Counted from the stretch's first letter, positions 10,809-23,019 are shown. The stretch: DNA of 64,000 bases from Macrostomum hystrix (GCA_950097015.1 CATNEN010000005.1:3224001-3288000), one strand, 5' to 3'. Program-made: numbers and translations. Notes: generated from the letters alone by a model not told the origin.

Positions 10809-11032
10809 TGTAGAACGAAACTCAACCTCTCAACGAGATGACACAGCGACTTTTATATTTATCAAATCGATAGCAGTATTAGGGGTGGAGCTACTGACTC
10901 CGCGCGTGCACATAGGAGAGAAAGGTTTAAAGCACGTACATACACAATACATTCAAAGAAATTAGATAACATGCCGGGCAGGTGCACAACACACCTGCCA
11001 TAGCCAGCCGCAACCAGAGTCACGTCACCACA
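10809..11032 (-). repeat. 3' LTR of the truncated Gypsy element
   Basis: Begins directly after a PPT with TGTGGTGACG, ends CGTTCTACA and contains a TATAAAA-like motif. Its partner LTR is absent. Confidence 0.7.
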
Positions 11033-12027
11033 TCCCTCCCCACGAAAATCAGGAACCGGGGAATAGAGCAATCAAGGTAATTTATCAAGCAAAGCAAAAG
11101 TCATATAAAAAAACTGTCAGTCCGTCAAAAATAGCTCAGTCTGTCAGGTGGAGCTCGCTGCCTGGTTGACCGTCGAATCTGCACCGGGTCGGCCGTGTCT
11201 GCAGCGTCGCTGGCGACAGCAGCTGCCGCAGCAGATGTCTGGGTTTCCTCTCCCGCCGGTTCCGCGACCGGCTCGGCTTCCGACTCCTGGGCCGCAGCGG
11301 CTGGCGCGGTAGGCAGCGGCTTGGGCAGCTGATCGATGTGACGCTCAGCCTGCCGGCCGTCGTCGAACTGGCACGAGAAAGACGCCGCTCCGGAGCTGGA
11401 AGTTGTAGGCGCCAAGTGGGCGCGCGTTCATTTAGTCGTGTTAGCTGGAGGCCCTGAGTTATATCGTAGCGTACGTGGAGTTGCGAGCGATTAATGTACA
11501 TCTGCACCCATCGCGCGCACGTTGCATGCTTATCACAAAAAAATGATTGCTTAGAGCCTACTTCGCTTTAGGCTTTTTCGTCTACACAAATCATCGGTCT
11601 CTCGGCTCCTTACAGCAGTCACCACTGCCGGCTTCCATCTGCCATCGGCCGTGAAGTCTCTCGCCACCACAGCATCGCCTACCTCGATGTGGCGATCACG
11701 GGCGTTGGCGTCGTGCTGCTGTTTCTGCATCGCTTGCTGGAGAGCCACCATCGCTGGAAGATCCGGCCGCACTCGATCGAGCAGGGACCGCAGCCGCCTC
11801 CCCATCAGCAGCTCACACGGCGGGGCTCCAGTCGTGGCGTGGGGCGCCACGCGGTAGGTGAGCAGGAAGCGCGCCACCCGGTCCTCCAGCGAGCCGCTCT
11901 TCTGCTTCGCCAGCGATTTCTTTAGAGTTTGGACCGCTTGCTCCGCCTGCCCGTTGGACGCCGGGTGGTAGGGCGCGGTCCGCACGTGCCGGATGCCGTT
12001 CTGCTGCAGAAACTTCTCCATCTCCTC

Positions 12028-12408
12028 TCTCTCTCTCTCTCTACTGGCCCCTCGGCCAAAGGCCATACAGGGGGCGCGCCAGCGCGCCCGTTGCCTCCAG
12101 GAAATCCAGCACCCTCTCCGGGTGCTCCTGCAGCAGGGACATCGAGCCGATGCCTTCAAAGCAGCGGCGCTCCTCCTCCCATCTCGGGCAGTCCAGCAGG
12201 AAGTGTTCCGTGTTCTCGACAGGGGCTTGGCAATGTGGGCAGACCGGGCTCTCCACGCGGCCCCAGCGGTGTAGGGTGTCCCGAAGGAAAGGGGCCCGGT
12301 TGGCCCGCAGCTGATAAAGGGCCACTTCCTGGTCCCGCCGCCTCCTGTTGCTTGGCGGCAGTGGCCTGCCCCCGCAGCGCCGGTGAGGGTGCTCCGCCGG
12401 AACCTCAT
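12028..12408 (-). mobile_element. 5'-truncated non-LTR retrotransposon (I/Ingi-like) 3' end inserted in the integrase
   Basis: Encodes ...LYQLRANR...CPHCQAPVENTEHFLLDCPRW... (C-terminal CCHC domain), with a stop immediately before an (AG)n tail. A 12-bp TSD CTCCATCTCCTC lies at 12016-12027 and 12409-12420. Confidence 0.88.
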
Positions 12409-12840
12409 CTCCATCTCCTCGCTGACCAGGTTGGGGCTGTTGTCCGTCACGACGATGTCTGGCAGCCCATGAGTGCAGAAGCTCTGCCGCAGCCTCTGGA
12501 TGGTCGCAGCCGAAGTTTTGGACGTCATGACATGCACGTCCATCCACTTGGAGTGGGCATCGACGACCACCAGCAGCATCTTACCCTCGACTGGGCCTGC
12601 ATAATCAATATGGAGGCGCGACCACGGCCTGTCCGGCCGCGCCCATGGGTGCAGCGGAACCAGTGCCGGTGACTTCTGCAGCTCTCGACAGTCCGCGCAG
12701 TCACTGGCAAGCTGCTCGATCGCCTCATCCAATTTGGGCCACCAGAAGAAACTTCGAGCGAGCGCCTTCATTCTGGACGCACCCTGGTGTCCTAGGTGCA
12801 GACACTGTAGCAGCGCAGACCGGCCGGCGTGCGGCACCAC

Positions 12841-13912
12841 GAATAGAGGCGGCATACCGTGCCCCGACCTCAACTGGTGCAGCCCGAACCTAGTGTCCTC
12901 CTGCGACCGCACTGGAACACAGGACATGAAATCGGCAGCGATCACCTCCTTATTACATTCGCCATCACCTACTCGCCGCCTCTAACCAGGTTTATAGCAA
13001 AAAGGATACTTGCTGGAGTTACAAAAAAGCCGACTCGACGGCTTTCAAAGCCGGGCTAAACGCCCGCGAGAACAGCCAGAAACCCAGCAATCCCAACTAC
13101 GGCTCTAGCGTCGACTTCGACCACCGGAGGCTCTGCGACAACCTGATCGCCTGCGACAAACTGATGGACGCCGCGCTCCACAGCATACCGAGGGGAGCGT
13201 GTGGCACAGGATGCCAAGCTTTTCTGAACGCCTGCCTGTGACGCAGGCATAACCGCGTGCAACAGCGCCAGAAACAGGAATATAAAACAGCAGCCGACCT
13301 GGCCGCGTTTAGTGATGTATATAAGAGACCAGGTCCGAGACTTGATAAAGCACGAGAAGGCGGAGTACTGCAAAGAGAAAGTCGCCAGCCTACACGCAAA
13401 TCACCGACCTCTTCGCCGCCCTGCGATGCCTCCGAGGCCGAAGACCCAGGCAGCTACCGACCTGTCGCTCTGATGAGATGCATCGCCAAGGTTGCGGAAA
13501 GACTCGTCCACCAACGCCTGAGCCACTTCCTCGAGAGCCGGGGAATCATCAGCCACATCCATGCCGGATTTCGTAAGGGCCGCTCGTGCGAGGAGCAAAT
13601 CGCCAGGATCGTCCAACAGATCTTCGGCGGCCTGGAAAGTCAGCCGGCGCTACGCAGCATCCTGTGCCTCCTCGACTTCTCTCAAGCCTACGACAAGGTA
13701 TGAAAGAAGCCACTACTCAAGAAGCTGCATCAGATCGGCACCCCGACCTGCGTCATCCACCTGATTAACAGATTCCCGGTGGACCGCCACGCCAGGGTCA
13801 AGGTGGGCGCTATAGCCACTTCCGAGAGGGGCTCCCGCAAGGGTCGGTTCTGACCCCACTGAACATAAACGACCTGCCCAATGCCATCAACGACGCGGCG
13901 CCCCGCAGCATG
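12841..13912 (+). mobile_element. Decayed LINE (I/Ingi-like) fragment: APE C-terminus and RT N-terminus
   Basis: PDLNWCSP...IGSDHLLI (APE end), WSYKKAD, YRPVALM.CIAKVAERLV...GFRKGRSC...LLDFSQAYDKV, and ...INDLP. Multiple frameshifts and stops. Confidence 0.85.
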
Positions 13913-14726
13913 TAATTAAATAATTGTTGCATCTAATTCAAGAATTGCAGATGAGCGCAGCGACCAAAGACTGAGGCTTCCTTGAAAAAGCTTCATTACA
14001 CCCTTCATCCAACACCCCAGCTAGCAGTCTTGGATTTAGGCGGGGTTCAAGTTTAGATAAGTTTATTGATTTTTTCACTTGCATTTCTACACTGTGCACA
14101 CCATACTGTGGTAAGAGTGGAGGCCAGGGGGGTGTCACAGGGTCACAGGAGGTGTGACCTCTATTTTCAGCCTTGGGCCACTGCTGGCATGGTCTATGGG
14201 CCGCAACACTCGTGTCTTCCGCTGTGTAAATCGGTAAACAATCTTACTAATCTGCACTTTTAGTTAAATCACTAAAATTAACTAACTTTGAGGAAGAAAT
14301 TTAAAAGCAAATCCTCTGTTGTTGTTGATCTTTTTTATGATTTTTTGTGAGGAATTAATGAACAAGAAAACACTCGGGTGCAGCATACTACGAATAGTAC
14401 TAATAGTAGTACAAAACATTAGCAAACTAGAGATTATTTTTTACACGAGAAAAAAGTCCGAGTGGAAACACGCCGCAGTCATTGTATTGGAGATTGCGAG
14501 AGTGTGTACAAAATAGTAATAATATATTCGCACTGTGGATAATGAGCTGTGGCACAGATTATAACTATGCTTTTAGTTATTTCATAGGCAGAACTAGAAT
14601 TCTAGCGACTCATAAAATACGTGATTGGAAGATTGAAAAATGTCATCAGGCACGACAGTATGTGGGCTTTGCAGGTACACAAAAGTACAGAATTCTTTTC
14701 GAGAATTCAAACTGAAAATGTTTGTA

Positions 14727-14838
14727 AACAGAGACTGAGAACCGAGACTGTGAACAGAGACTGTGAACAAAGACAGTGAACAGAGACTTTGTGAACAGAG
14801 ACTGTGAACAAAGACTGTGAACAAAGACTGAGAACAGT
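14727..14838 (+). repeat. 14-bp minisatellite (gactgtgaacagag)
   Basis: About 8 imperfect tandem units. Confidence 0.8.
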
Positions 14839-15008
14839 CTGTGGGGTTCATATTTTTTGTAATTCATATTGAAAATAATCAATGGCAAATAATGAACTCG
14901 GAAAAGCTAGTAAATGAAAAACTAGTACATGATATCAAAAACAATAAACAAAGCACCAATTTAGACATGAGATGCAAACCAATCAGGAATTGTTCAATTC
15001 GTTCCACT

Positions 15009-15752
15009 TCAATAGCCAAAAACAGTTTGTTGAACAGTTCCGGCTATTCTGCCAGCTCTGGCTCTCCTTTGACGAGTCTTAATGTTGTCCTTCCTCAGCG
15101 ATAGCGGCCGGTTTACCTGCGTGCGGTGCGTCATAATAATCCGAGTGAGTGGCCTAATTCCCTGACTGTTCAGTGGCCTAATCCCCTCAGTATCCTTATC
15201 CCTATCCTAATCCCTTCAGTATCCTTATCCCTATCATAATCCCTTCAGTATCCTTATCCATATCCTAATCCCTTCAGTATCCTTATCCCTATCCTAATCC
15301 CTTCAGTATTCTAATCCCTATCCTAATCCCTTCAGTATCCTTATCCCTATCCTAATCCCTTCAGTATCCTTATCCCTATCCTAATCCCTTCAGTATCCTT
15401 ATCCCCATCTTAATCCCTTCAGTATCCTTATCCCTATCCTAATCCCTTCAGTATCCTTATCCCCATCTTAATCCCTTCAGTATCCTTATCCCTATCCTAA
15501 TCCCCAAGTATCATAATCTCCTCAGTATCCTAAGGTAGGTTATTAGGTACCCGTTGTACCTTATCCCTCAGTATCCTAATCCCTTCAGTATTATAATCCT
15601 TCTGTATCCTAATCCTCTCACTGCTCAATGTACTTTATCTCAGAAACTCACGGAATGCAGTTTGTAGTACAATCCGCAGGCATTACAAACGGGGGTACCA
15701 GTCACTGCGTCCCTTCTCCACAATGTGGTTTCTGAAGTGCCACAGTTGGTGC

Positions 15753-15846
<94 letters not shown>

Positions 15847-18433
15847 GTAATAATCTGGCTGTGTCCAATGATGCTGCTGCTGTTGCACACTATTCCCATT
15901 GTAGTTTATCTGTGTTTAAAATTTATTCAAATGAAACAGGTTATTTTAGCCTCCTGAATACATTTCTAATGACATCCATTTCTAAATTTATAGATAAATA
16001 GAAATATGAAACGACACTCTTTGTTAACTCTTTGTTAATAAATTCCTCTATACAAATCAAAGCCCTTTTCGCCAAGCTAGCTATTTGCTTGCACGCGCTT
16101 AAAACGGAAAATTTTCAGATGTTGTCGGACAGAATCAAAGAAAAAAAAACAATAGTTTTTATATGTTGCGGCAATTTTATCATTTTTTTCTATACGCGGC
16201 GGTAGGTGGAGAAGTAAGGGACGCGGGGTGTTCAAGTGTCCTCAAACATGATTGCACCTACAATATACTGCTGCCACTACAGAAAAATAACAAATTACAT
16301 TTCAAACTAACTCACCTCCAAATCTTCTACGCAACCTCTGACCATAGGCTTTGGCTGTTCAAACTCGTCCAGAACTTGATGGGCTGTGACAGTGTGAGAC
16401 TGCTCAGCCATCCATGAATCTGCAAGGAATTATTAAATCAGCTATCACTTATTTGATATCAATCCGAACTTCTTTATTATCCCACCAATCTCTGTCTAAC
16501 AGTTTTAACGGCATTCTACCCCCTGTCTGACTGTTTTTAACCTGCCATTCTACCCCCTGTCTGACTGTTTTAACCTGCCATTCTACCCCCTGTCTGACTG
16601 TTTTTAACCTGCCATTCTACCCCCTGTCTGACTGTTTTAACCTGCCATTCTACCCCCTGTCTGACTGTTTTAACCTGCCATTCTACCCCCTGTCTGACTG
16701 TTTTAACCTACCATTCTACCCCCTGTCTGACTGTTTTAACCTACCATTCTACCCCCTGTCTGACTGTTTTAACCTACCATTCTACCCCCTGTCTGACTGT
16801 TTTAACCTACCATTCTACCCCCTGTCTGACTGTTTTAACCTACCATTCTACCCCCTGTCTGACTGTTTTAACCTACCATTCTACCCCCTGTCTGACAGTT
16901 TTAACCTGCCATTCTACCCCCTGTCTGACTGTTTTTAACCTGCCATTCTACCCCCTGTCTGACTGTTTTAACCTGCCATTCTACCCCCTGTCTGACTGTT
17001 TTAACCTGCCATTCTACCCCCTGTCTGACTGTTTTAACCTACCATTCTATCCCCTGTCTGACTGTTTTAACCTACCATTCTACCCCTTGTCTGACTGTTT
17101 TTAACCTGCCATTCTACCCCCTTTCTGACTGTTTTAACCTGCCATTCTACCCCCCGTCTGACTGTTTTAACCTACCATTCTACCCCCTGTCTGACTGTTT
17201 TTAACCTGCCATTCTACCCCCTGTCTGACTGTTTTAACCTGCACCATTCTACCCCCTGTCTGACTGTTTTAACCTGTCATTCTACCCCCTGTCTGACTGT
17301 TTTAACCTACCATTCTACCCCCTGTCTGACTGTTTTAACCTACCATTCTACCCCCTGACTGACTGTTTTAACCTGCCATTCTACCCCCTGTCTGACTGTT
17401 TTAACCTGCCATTCTGTCTGACTGTTTAACTTTCTCAGACCCGTTGTACCTCTATGCCTTGTTTATATAAAATGTAGAATAGCTAAGCAAATAAATATAT
17501 TTGAGTGACTTATCTTATTCTTTAGAATTTGGAAGCCCTTCTCCTAATTTTAACTAGCTGTAGCTACAGTAATTCATGAGCAACTTTAGCACGTGCAAGC
17601 CATACTCGGGACATTAAAATTAGAGCTCAAGATAAGATTAGAATATTTGCATTGCTTCTCGGCCCGAAAATAAATGGCCTTAGTATGGCTTGGCTCTGTA
17701 TTCCCATTTTTTTACTAAAATTGGATGCTCTTTTAGTTATCAGGCGCAGTTTGGTAGATAGAATCCCCAGTTGTTAGATAATGCCTAGTCTTCTAAACTG
17801 TTCGACAATATGTTCTATAAACTGTTAGACAATGTGTTCTATAAACTGTTAGATAATGTGTTCTATAAACTGTTAGACAATGTGTTCTATAAACTGTTAG
17901 ACAATGTGTTCTATAAACTGTTAGACAATGTGTTCTATAAACTGTTAGACAATGTGTTCTATAAACTGTTAGACAATGTGTTCTATAAACTGTTAGACAA
18001 TGTGTTCTATAAACTGTTTGACAATGTGTTCTATAAACTGTTAGACAATATGTTCTATAAACTGTTAGACAATGTCAGCCAACTCACACGCAGAGTTGGC
18101 ACAGTCAACAGGCTCTGTAATCGCTGCAGGCAGGTCGTTGGTGAGGCTCCAATCCTGCATGCAGGCAGCTGATTGCTGACCAATCTGGCTGTCGGGCCAG
18201 CTGCTGGAAGAAGCCGACGATGCCGACGGGTGCCAGCTGGTAGAGCCATCGGTGTTGTACATGCAGTCGCACAGGCTGCCGTTGACACTGCAGCCATAAT
18301 CGATACTCACTACTGACTGCGGCAGTGGTTGATGCGCGTTCGACTTGAAATCTTCTCCGTGAGCCTCAGGAGTAGCGTAGAACTGCCAACTACCATCTTG
18401 ATAGGCCTGTTGCGCCTGCTGATCCGTTGCCAT
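15009..18433 (-). CDS. Single-finger GATA transcription factor (GATA-A), complement join(18088..18433,16316..16419,15652..15909,15009..15116), 271 aa
   Basis: GT-AG introns with consistent phases 1, 0, 0. Finger [34 protein letters not shown] followed across the conserved phase-0 intron by [18 protein letters not shown]. The start is the first in-frame ATG after an upstream stop; a probable non-coding exon donor lies at 18803. Confidence 0.85.
15170..15620 (+). repeat. 29-bp minisatellite in GATA-A intron 3
   Basis: Tandem aatcccttcagtatccttatccctatcct units. Confidence 0.9.
15754..15843 (-). repeat. Pure (CAG)30 coding trinucleotide repeat
   Basis: Uninterrupted CTG run on the + strand, encoding Q30 just before the zinc finger. 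Confidence 0.95.
16500..17430 (+). repeat. 33/34-bp minisatellite in GATA-A intron 1
   Basis: Tandem ccattctaccccctgtctgactgttttaacctg units. Confidence 0.95.
17795..18075 (+). repeat. 24-bp minisatellite in GATA-A intron 1
   Basis: Tandem aatgtgttctataaactgttagac units, ending 12 nt from the splice donor. Confidence 0.95.
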
Positions 18434-18546
18434 GACAACCGGCTCGAAATAAACAGCTTCAGACTTTGAATCCGCGAACACCGGTGTCTGGCAAGACGGG
18501 TCGGAAATTCGAGGGAGATACTGTACTCAGGCACACTCTCACACAG

Positions 18547-18757
18547 GTGTGTACATCTGCCCTGACTTTCTCATCGTCAGTCAGTGTACACTCTCAATGT
18601 GCCTTGGAGGTTGGCCCTCGAGGGTGTTAATTGCACGACAAGCCCCCAAGCCTTCTCTCTGCGGCTGCGCCTCAAATGAATGTGGCCTCGCCGCGGAATC
18701 GAACTCAGGGACCTTGGTGCGAGAGGCAATCGCGTTAACCGCTCTGCCACTAAGCCC
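18547..18757 (-). mobile_element. tRNA-derived SINE
   Basis: A-box TGGCAGAGCGG and B-box AGTTCGATTCC in a degenerate cloverleaf, flanked by a 7-bp direct repeat CACACAG at 18540-18546 and 18758-18764. Confidence 0.65.
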
Positions 18758-19339
18758 CACACAGAGTATGAACTAGTATGAACTAGCAAGTCACAATTCT
18801 TACCTGATCGACAGCCGGTGACCTCTGCTCCATCTCCAGGACCCACTCCGCTAACTCGCTGAATTCGTGCTCCTCGCGATCTTCATTTTGAACAGTCGTG
18901 ATGAGATGCATGCTTTACCGGTTGATATTCTCGACTTAATTTTTTTACTCTTTAGATCAGCGTCCAGCCGGTGAGCTCGGTGGGAAATAGAACTATTTTT
19001 TATCTGCAACGCTTCTCAACCACCCACCGCCACCCCTCGAAGCCCGCTCTGGTTTGCTGGACAGAGCGCAGCGATTGCTATTGGCTGGCCAATCGGCGAG
19101 CTCAAAGCTCACCGGCCTAATGCCAGCACTCAGCCCTGGTCCCTGACCCACAGTTCCAAGGGACACCGCCTCCCTATGGGAATTAGGCATGCAACTCTTG
19201 GTATAGAAGCTGGAAAAACAACTGCCTGTGTTTTATTCAAGTGCTAGTAAAGTAGATACACGTTGCATTAGTAGTAATTGGTTTTGTTCTGTGTGAGAGT
19301 CGGCAATAACTATATCAGTTGAATTTCTTGGGCAGAAAA

Positions 19340-21235
19340 GGAGGCTGAGACAGTGATGAAGGGGTTAGAATAGGAGGCTGAGACAGTGATGAAGGGGTTA
19401 GAATAGGAGGCTGAGACAGTGATGAAGGGGTTAGAATAAGAGCCTGAGACAGTGATGAAGGGGTTAGAATAGGAGGCTGAGACAGTGATGAAGGGGTTAG
19501 AATAGGAGGCTGAGACAGTGATGAAGGGGTTAGATTAAGAGGATGAGACAGTGATGAAGGGGTTAGATTAAGAGGCTGAGACAGTGATGAAGGGGTTAGA
19601 TTAAGAGGATGAGACAGTGATGAAGGGGTTAGATTAAGAGGCTGAGACAGTGATGAAGGGGTTAGAATAGGAGGCTGAGACAGTGATGAAGGGGTTAGAA
19701 TAAGAGCCTGAGACAGTGATGAAGGGGTTAGAATAGGAGGCTGAGACAGTGATGAAGGGGTTAGATTAAGAGGATGAGACAGTGATGAAGGGGTTAGATT
19801 AAGAGGCTGAGACAGTGATGAAGGGGTTAGATTAAGAGGATGAGACAGTGATGAAGGGGTTAGATTAAGAGGCTGAGACAGTGATGAAGGGGTTAGATTA
19901 AGAGGCTGAGACAGTGATGAAGGGGTTAGATTAAGAGGCTGAGACAGTGATGAAGGGGTTAGATTAAGAGGCTGAGACAGTGATGAAGGGGGTAGAATAG
20001 GAGGCTGAGACAGTGATGAAGGGGTTAGAATAAGAGGATGAGACAGTGATGAAGGGGTTAGAATAAGAGGCTGAGACAGTGATGAAGGGGTTAGAATAAG
20101 AGGATGAGACAGTGATGAAGGGGTTAGAATAAGAGCCTGAGACAGTGATGAAGGGGTTAGAATAAGAGGATGAGACAGTGATGAAGGGGTTGGATTAAGA
20201 GGATGAGACAGTGATGAAGGGGTTAGATTAAGAGGCTGAGACAGTGATGAAGGGGTTAGATTAAGAGGATGAGACAGTGATGAAGGGGTTAGATTAAGAG
20301 GCTGAGACAGTGATGAAGGGGTTAGATTAAGAGGCTGAGACAGTGATGAAGGGGTTAGATTAAGAGGCTGAGACAGTGATGAAGGGGTTAGATTAAGAGG
20401 CTGAGACAGTGATGAAGGGGGTATAGAATGGGAGGCTGAGACAGTGATGAAGAGGTTAGAATAAGAGGATGAGACAGTGATGAAGGGGTTAGATTAAGAG
20501 GCTGAGACAGTGATGAAGGGGTTAGATTAAGAGGATGAGACAGTGATGAAGGGGGGTATAGAATGGGAGGCTGAGACAGTGATGAAGGGGTTAGAATAAG
20601 AGGATGAGACAGTGATGAAGGGGTTAGAATAAGAGGCTGAGACAGTGATGAAGGGGTTAGAATAAGAGGATGAGACAGTGATGAAGGGGTTAGAATAGGA
20701 GGCTGAGACTGTGATGAAGGGGGGTAGAATGGAAGGCTGAGACAATGATGAAGGTGGGTAGAATGGGAGGCTGAGACAGTGATGAAGGTGGGTAGAATGG
20801 GAGGCTGAGACAGTGATGAAGGGGGTAGAATGGGAGGCTGAGACAATGATGAAGGTGGGTAGAATGGGAGGCTGAGACAGTGATGAAGGTGGGTAGAATG
20901 GGAGGCTGAGACAGTGATGAAGGTGGGTAGAATGGGAGGCTGAGACAGTGATGAAGGTGGGTAGAATGGGAGGCTGAGACAGTGATGAAGGTGGGTAGAA
21001 TGGGAGGCTGAGACAGTGATGAAGGTGGGTAGAATGGGAGGCTGAGACAATGATGAAGGGGGTAGAATGGGAGGCTGAGACAATGATGAAGGGGGTAGAA
21101 AGTGATGAAGGTGGTTAGAATGGGAGGCTGAGACAGTGATGAAGTGGTTAGAATGGGAGGCTGAGACTGTGATGAAGGGGGTAGAATGGGAGGCTGAGAC
21201 ACTGATGAAAGGGAGGCTGAGACAGTGATGAAGGT
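19340..21235 (+). repeat. 33-bp minisatellite (gaggctgagacagtgatgaaggggttagaatag)
   Basis: About 57 units, with sequence variants changing in blocks along the array. Confidence 0.95.
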
Positions 21236-21829
21236 TGGTTGATGAAATGGGTCAAGGTACTTTGGTCCGTAAAATGTGCAAGTTAAGGTTTGAGTTGTCT
21301 CTTGGGATTCTAGAACTGCAATAATAGCTCGGGCAGCAGAACGGCGTCTGTCACACTAGAATTCTATTCACTTCTGAATCAAGACCAAACTGTGTGGGAC
21401 CCTGGGATCATTTTTCCCGCCTGCCCCCTGCCACACACATGCACACTGCAGACTTTGGTTAGAAAAATCTTTGCTTGTCCACTAAAACCCTAGAGCCCTA
21501 ATTAATTTCCCACAAAAGCTAGCGTGTGAGACAAGTTAAGGAGCCATAACGAACGTTTAGCGGTAGTTTTAAGTTTTAATTCGCGAGCGACCACCCAGGC
21601 TATTGACAAGTTTTCCCACGAATTAATCCCAAAGAAATTCCAAGATTCTTGCATGGGAACAAAATCTTTTATCTGCACCGACAATTGTAAGACCTACCCG
21701 TGCAGCGCTGGAGAGCCCGTTTTTTACAGAGGTCATTTTAAATTTTAAAAGCGCTCTCGATATGAACATTCTATTACTTCTCATTTTTTACTTGTAATTA
21801 ACCACATTTCCAATACTTTTTCTGATTTC

Positions 21830-22760
21830 TCACTCGAATCTATACTCATTTCTCACCGGACTCATTTCTCACCCGAATCTACTGATTTCTCACCTGAATC
21901 ATCTCATTTCTCACCCTAATCTTCTCATTTCTCACCTGAATCTACTCATTTCTCACCCGAATCTACTCATTTCTCACCCGAATCTACTCATTTCTCATCT
22001 GAATCGTCTCATTTCTCACCTGAATCTACTCATTTCTCAATCGAATTCTACTCATTTCTCACTCGAATCTACTCATTTCTCACCCGAATCTACTCATTTC
22101 TCACCCGAATCTACTCATTTCTTACCCGAATCTACTCATTTCTCACCCGAATCTACTCATTTCTCACCTAAATCGTCTCATTTCTCACCCGAATCTACTC
22201 ATTTCTCACCCGAATCTACTCATTTCTCACCCGAATCTACCCATTTCTCACCCGAATCTACTCATTTCTCACCGAATCTACTCATTTCTCACCCGAATCT
22301 ACTCGTTTCTTTCCCGAATCTACTCATTTCTTACCCGAATCTACTCATTTCTTACCCGAATCTACTCATTTCTTACCCGAATCTACTCATTTCTTACCCG
22401 AATCTACTCAATTCTCACCTAAATCGTCTCATTTCTCACCCGAATCTACTCATTTCTTTCCCGAATCTACTCAATTCTCACCCGAGTCTACCCATTTCTC
22501 ACCCGAATCTACTCATTTCTCACCCGAATCTACTCATTTCTCACCCGAATCTACTCATTTCTCACCCGAATCTACTCATTTCTCACCCGAATCTACTCAT
22601 TTCTCATCTGAATCGTCTCATTTCTCACCTGAATCTACTCATTTCTCATCTGAATCTAATCATTTCTCACCTGAATCTACTTATTTCTCACTCGAATCTA
22701 TTCATTTCTCACCTGAATCTACTCATTTCTCACCTAAATCTAATCATTTCTCACCTAAAT
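21830..22760 (+). repeat. 21-bp minisatellite (tctactcatttctcacccgaa)
   Basis: About 44 tandem units. Confidence 0.95.
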
Positions 22761-23019
22761 CTTCTAGTTTTTTCTTAAATCTTTGCACTTTTCGCCTTAT
22801 TATTTAAGTACTCCATCCTGTAATTTTCTTTCTTTCCATTTGTCGATCCCATTTTCTAAACAGTCTATGATAGAAACTAAATAAAAAATTCGCGTATTTG
22901 ATAATCGAAGATTAAATTGTGGACAAATAAAAGGAGTGCAAAATATATAAGCCAAATATTAAACACTACCAGCTATCTCTAGTCCAATGTACTGCTATCA
23001 TTCGTAACGCACGAAAGTC

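Larger units (their letters stand above)
10809..12840 (-). mobile_element. 5'-truncated Gypsy (Mag-like) element: integrase plus 3' LTR, carrying two insertions
   Basis: Integrase with HHCC (HLGHQG...CADC), WSRLHIDYAG, TDN, HPASNGQAE and a C-terminal RHIDQL...RRSTRQRAPPDRL (11125-11391). PPT ggggaggga at 11033-11041. LTR at 11032-10809 with TGTGG...CTACA termini. Confidence 0.85.

Noticed and set aside
15550-17451. Identical 12-mer cccgttgtacct near the right-hand ends of two unrelated arrays (15550, 17440)
   Set aside because: A single short match with no further flanking similarity and not seen at the other arrays.
18548-18600. Hammerhead-like words on the minus strand (CTGACGA-tga-GAAA-GTC) at the SINE 3' end
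   Set aside because: There is no room for stem III and the stem I bases flanking the core do not pair; it is only a simple hairpin.
20388-21202. ORFs of 170-231 aa in the 33-bp array (and similar ORFs at 8308-8720, 17810-18172, 38408-39031 and 56997-57808)
   Set aside because: These are translations of stop-free tandem repeats with no domain, splice or start context.
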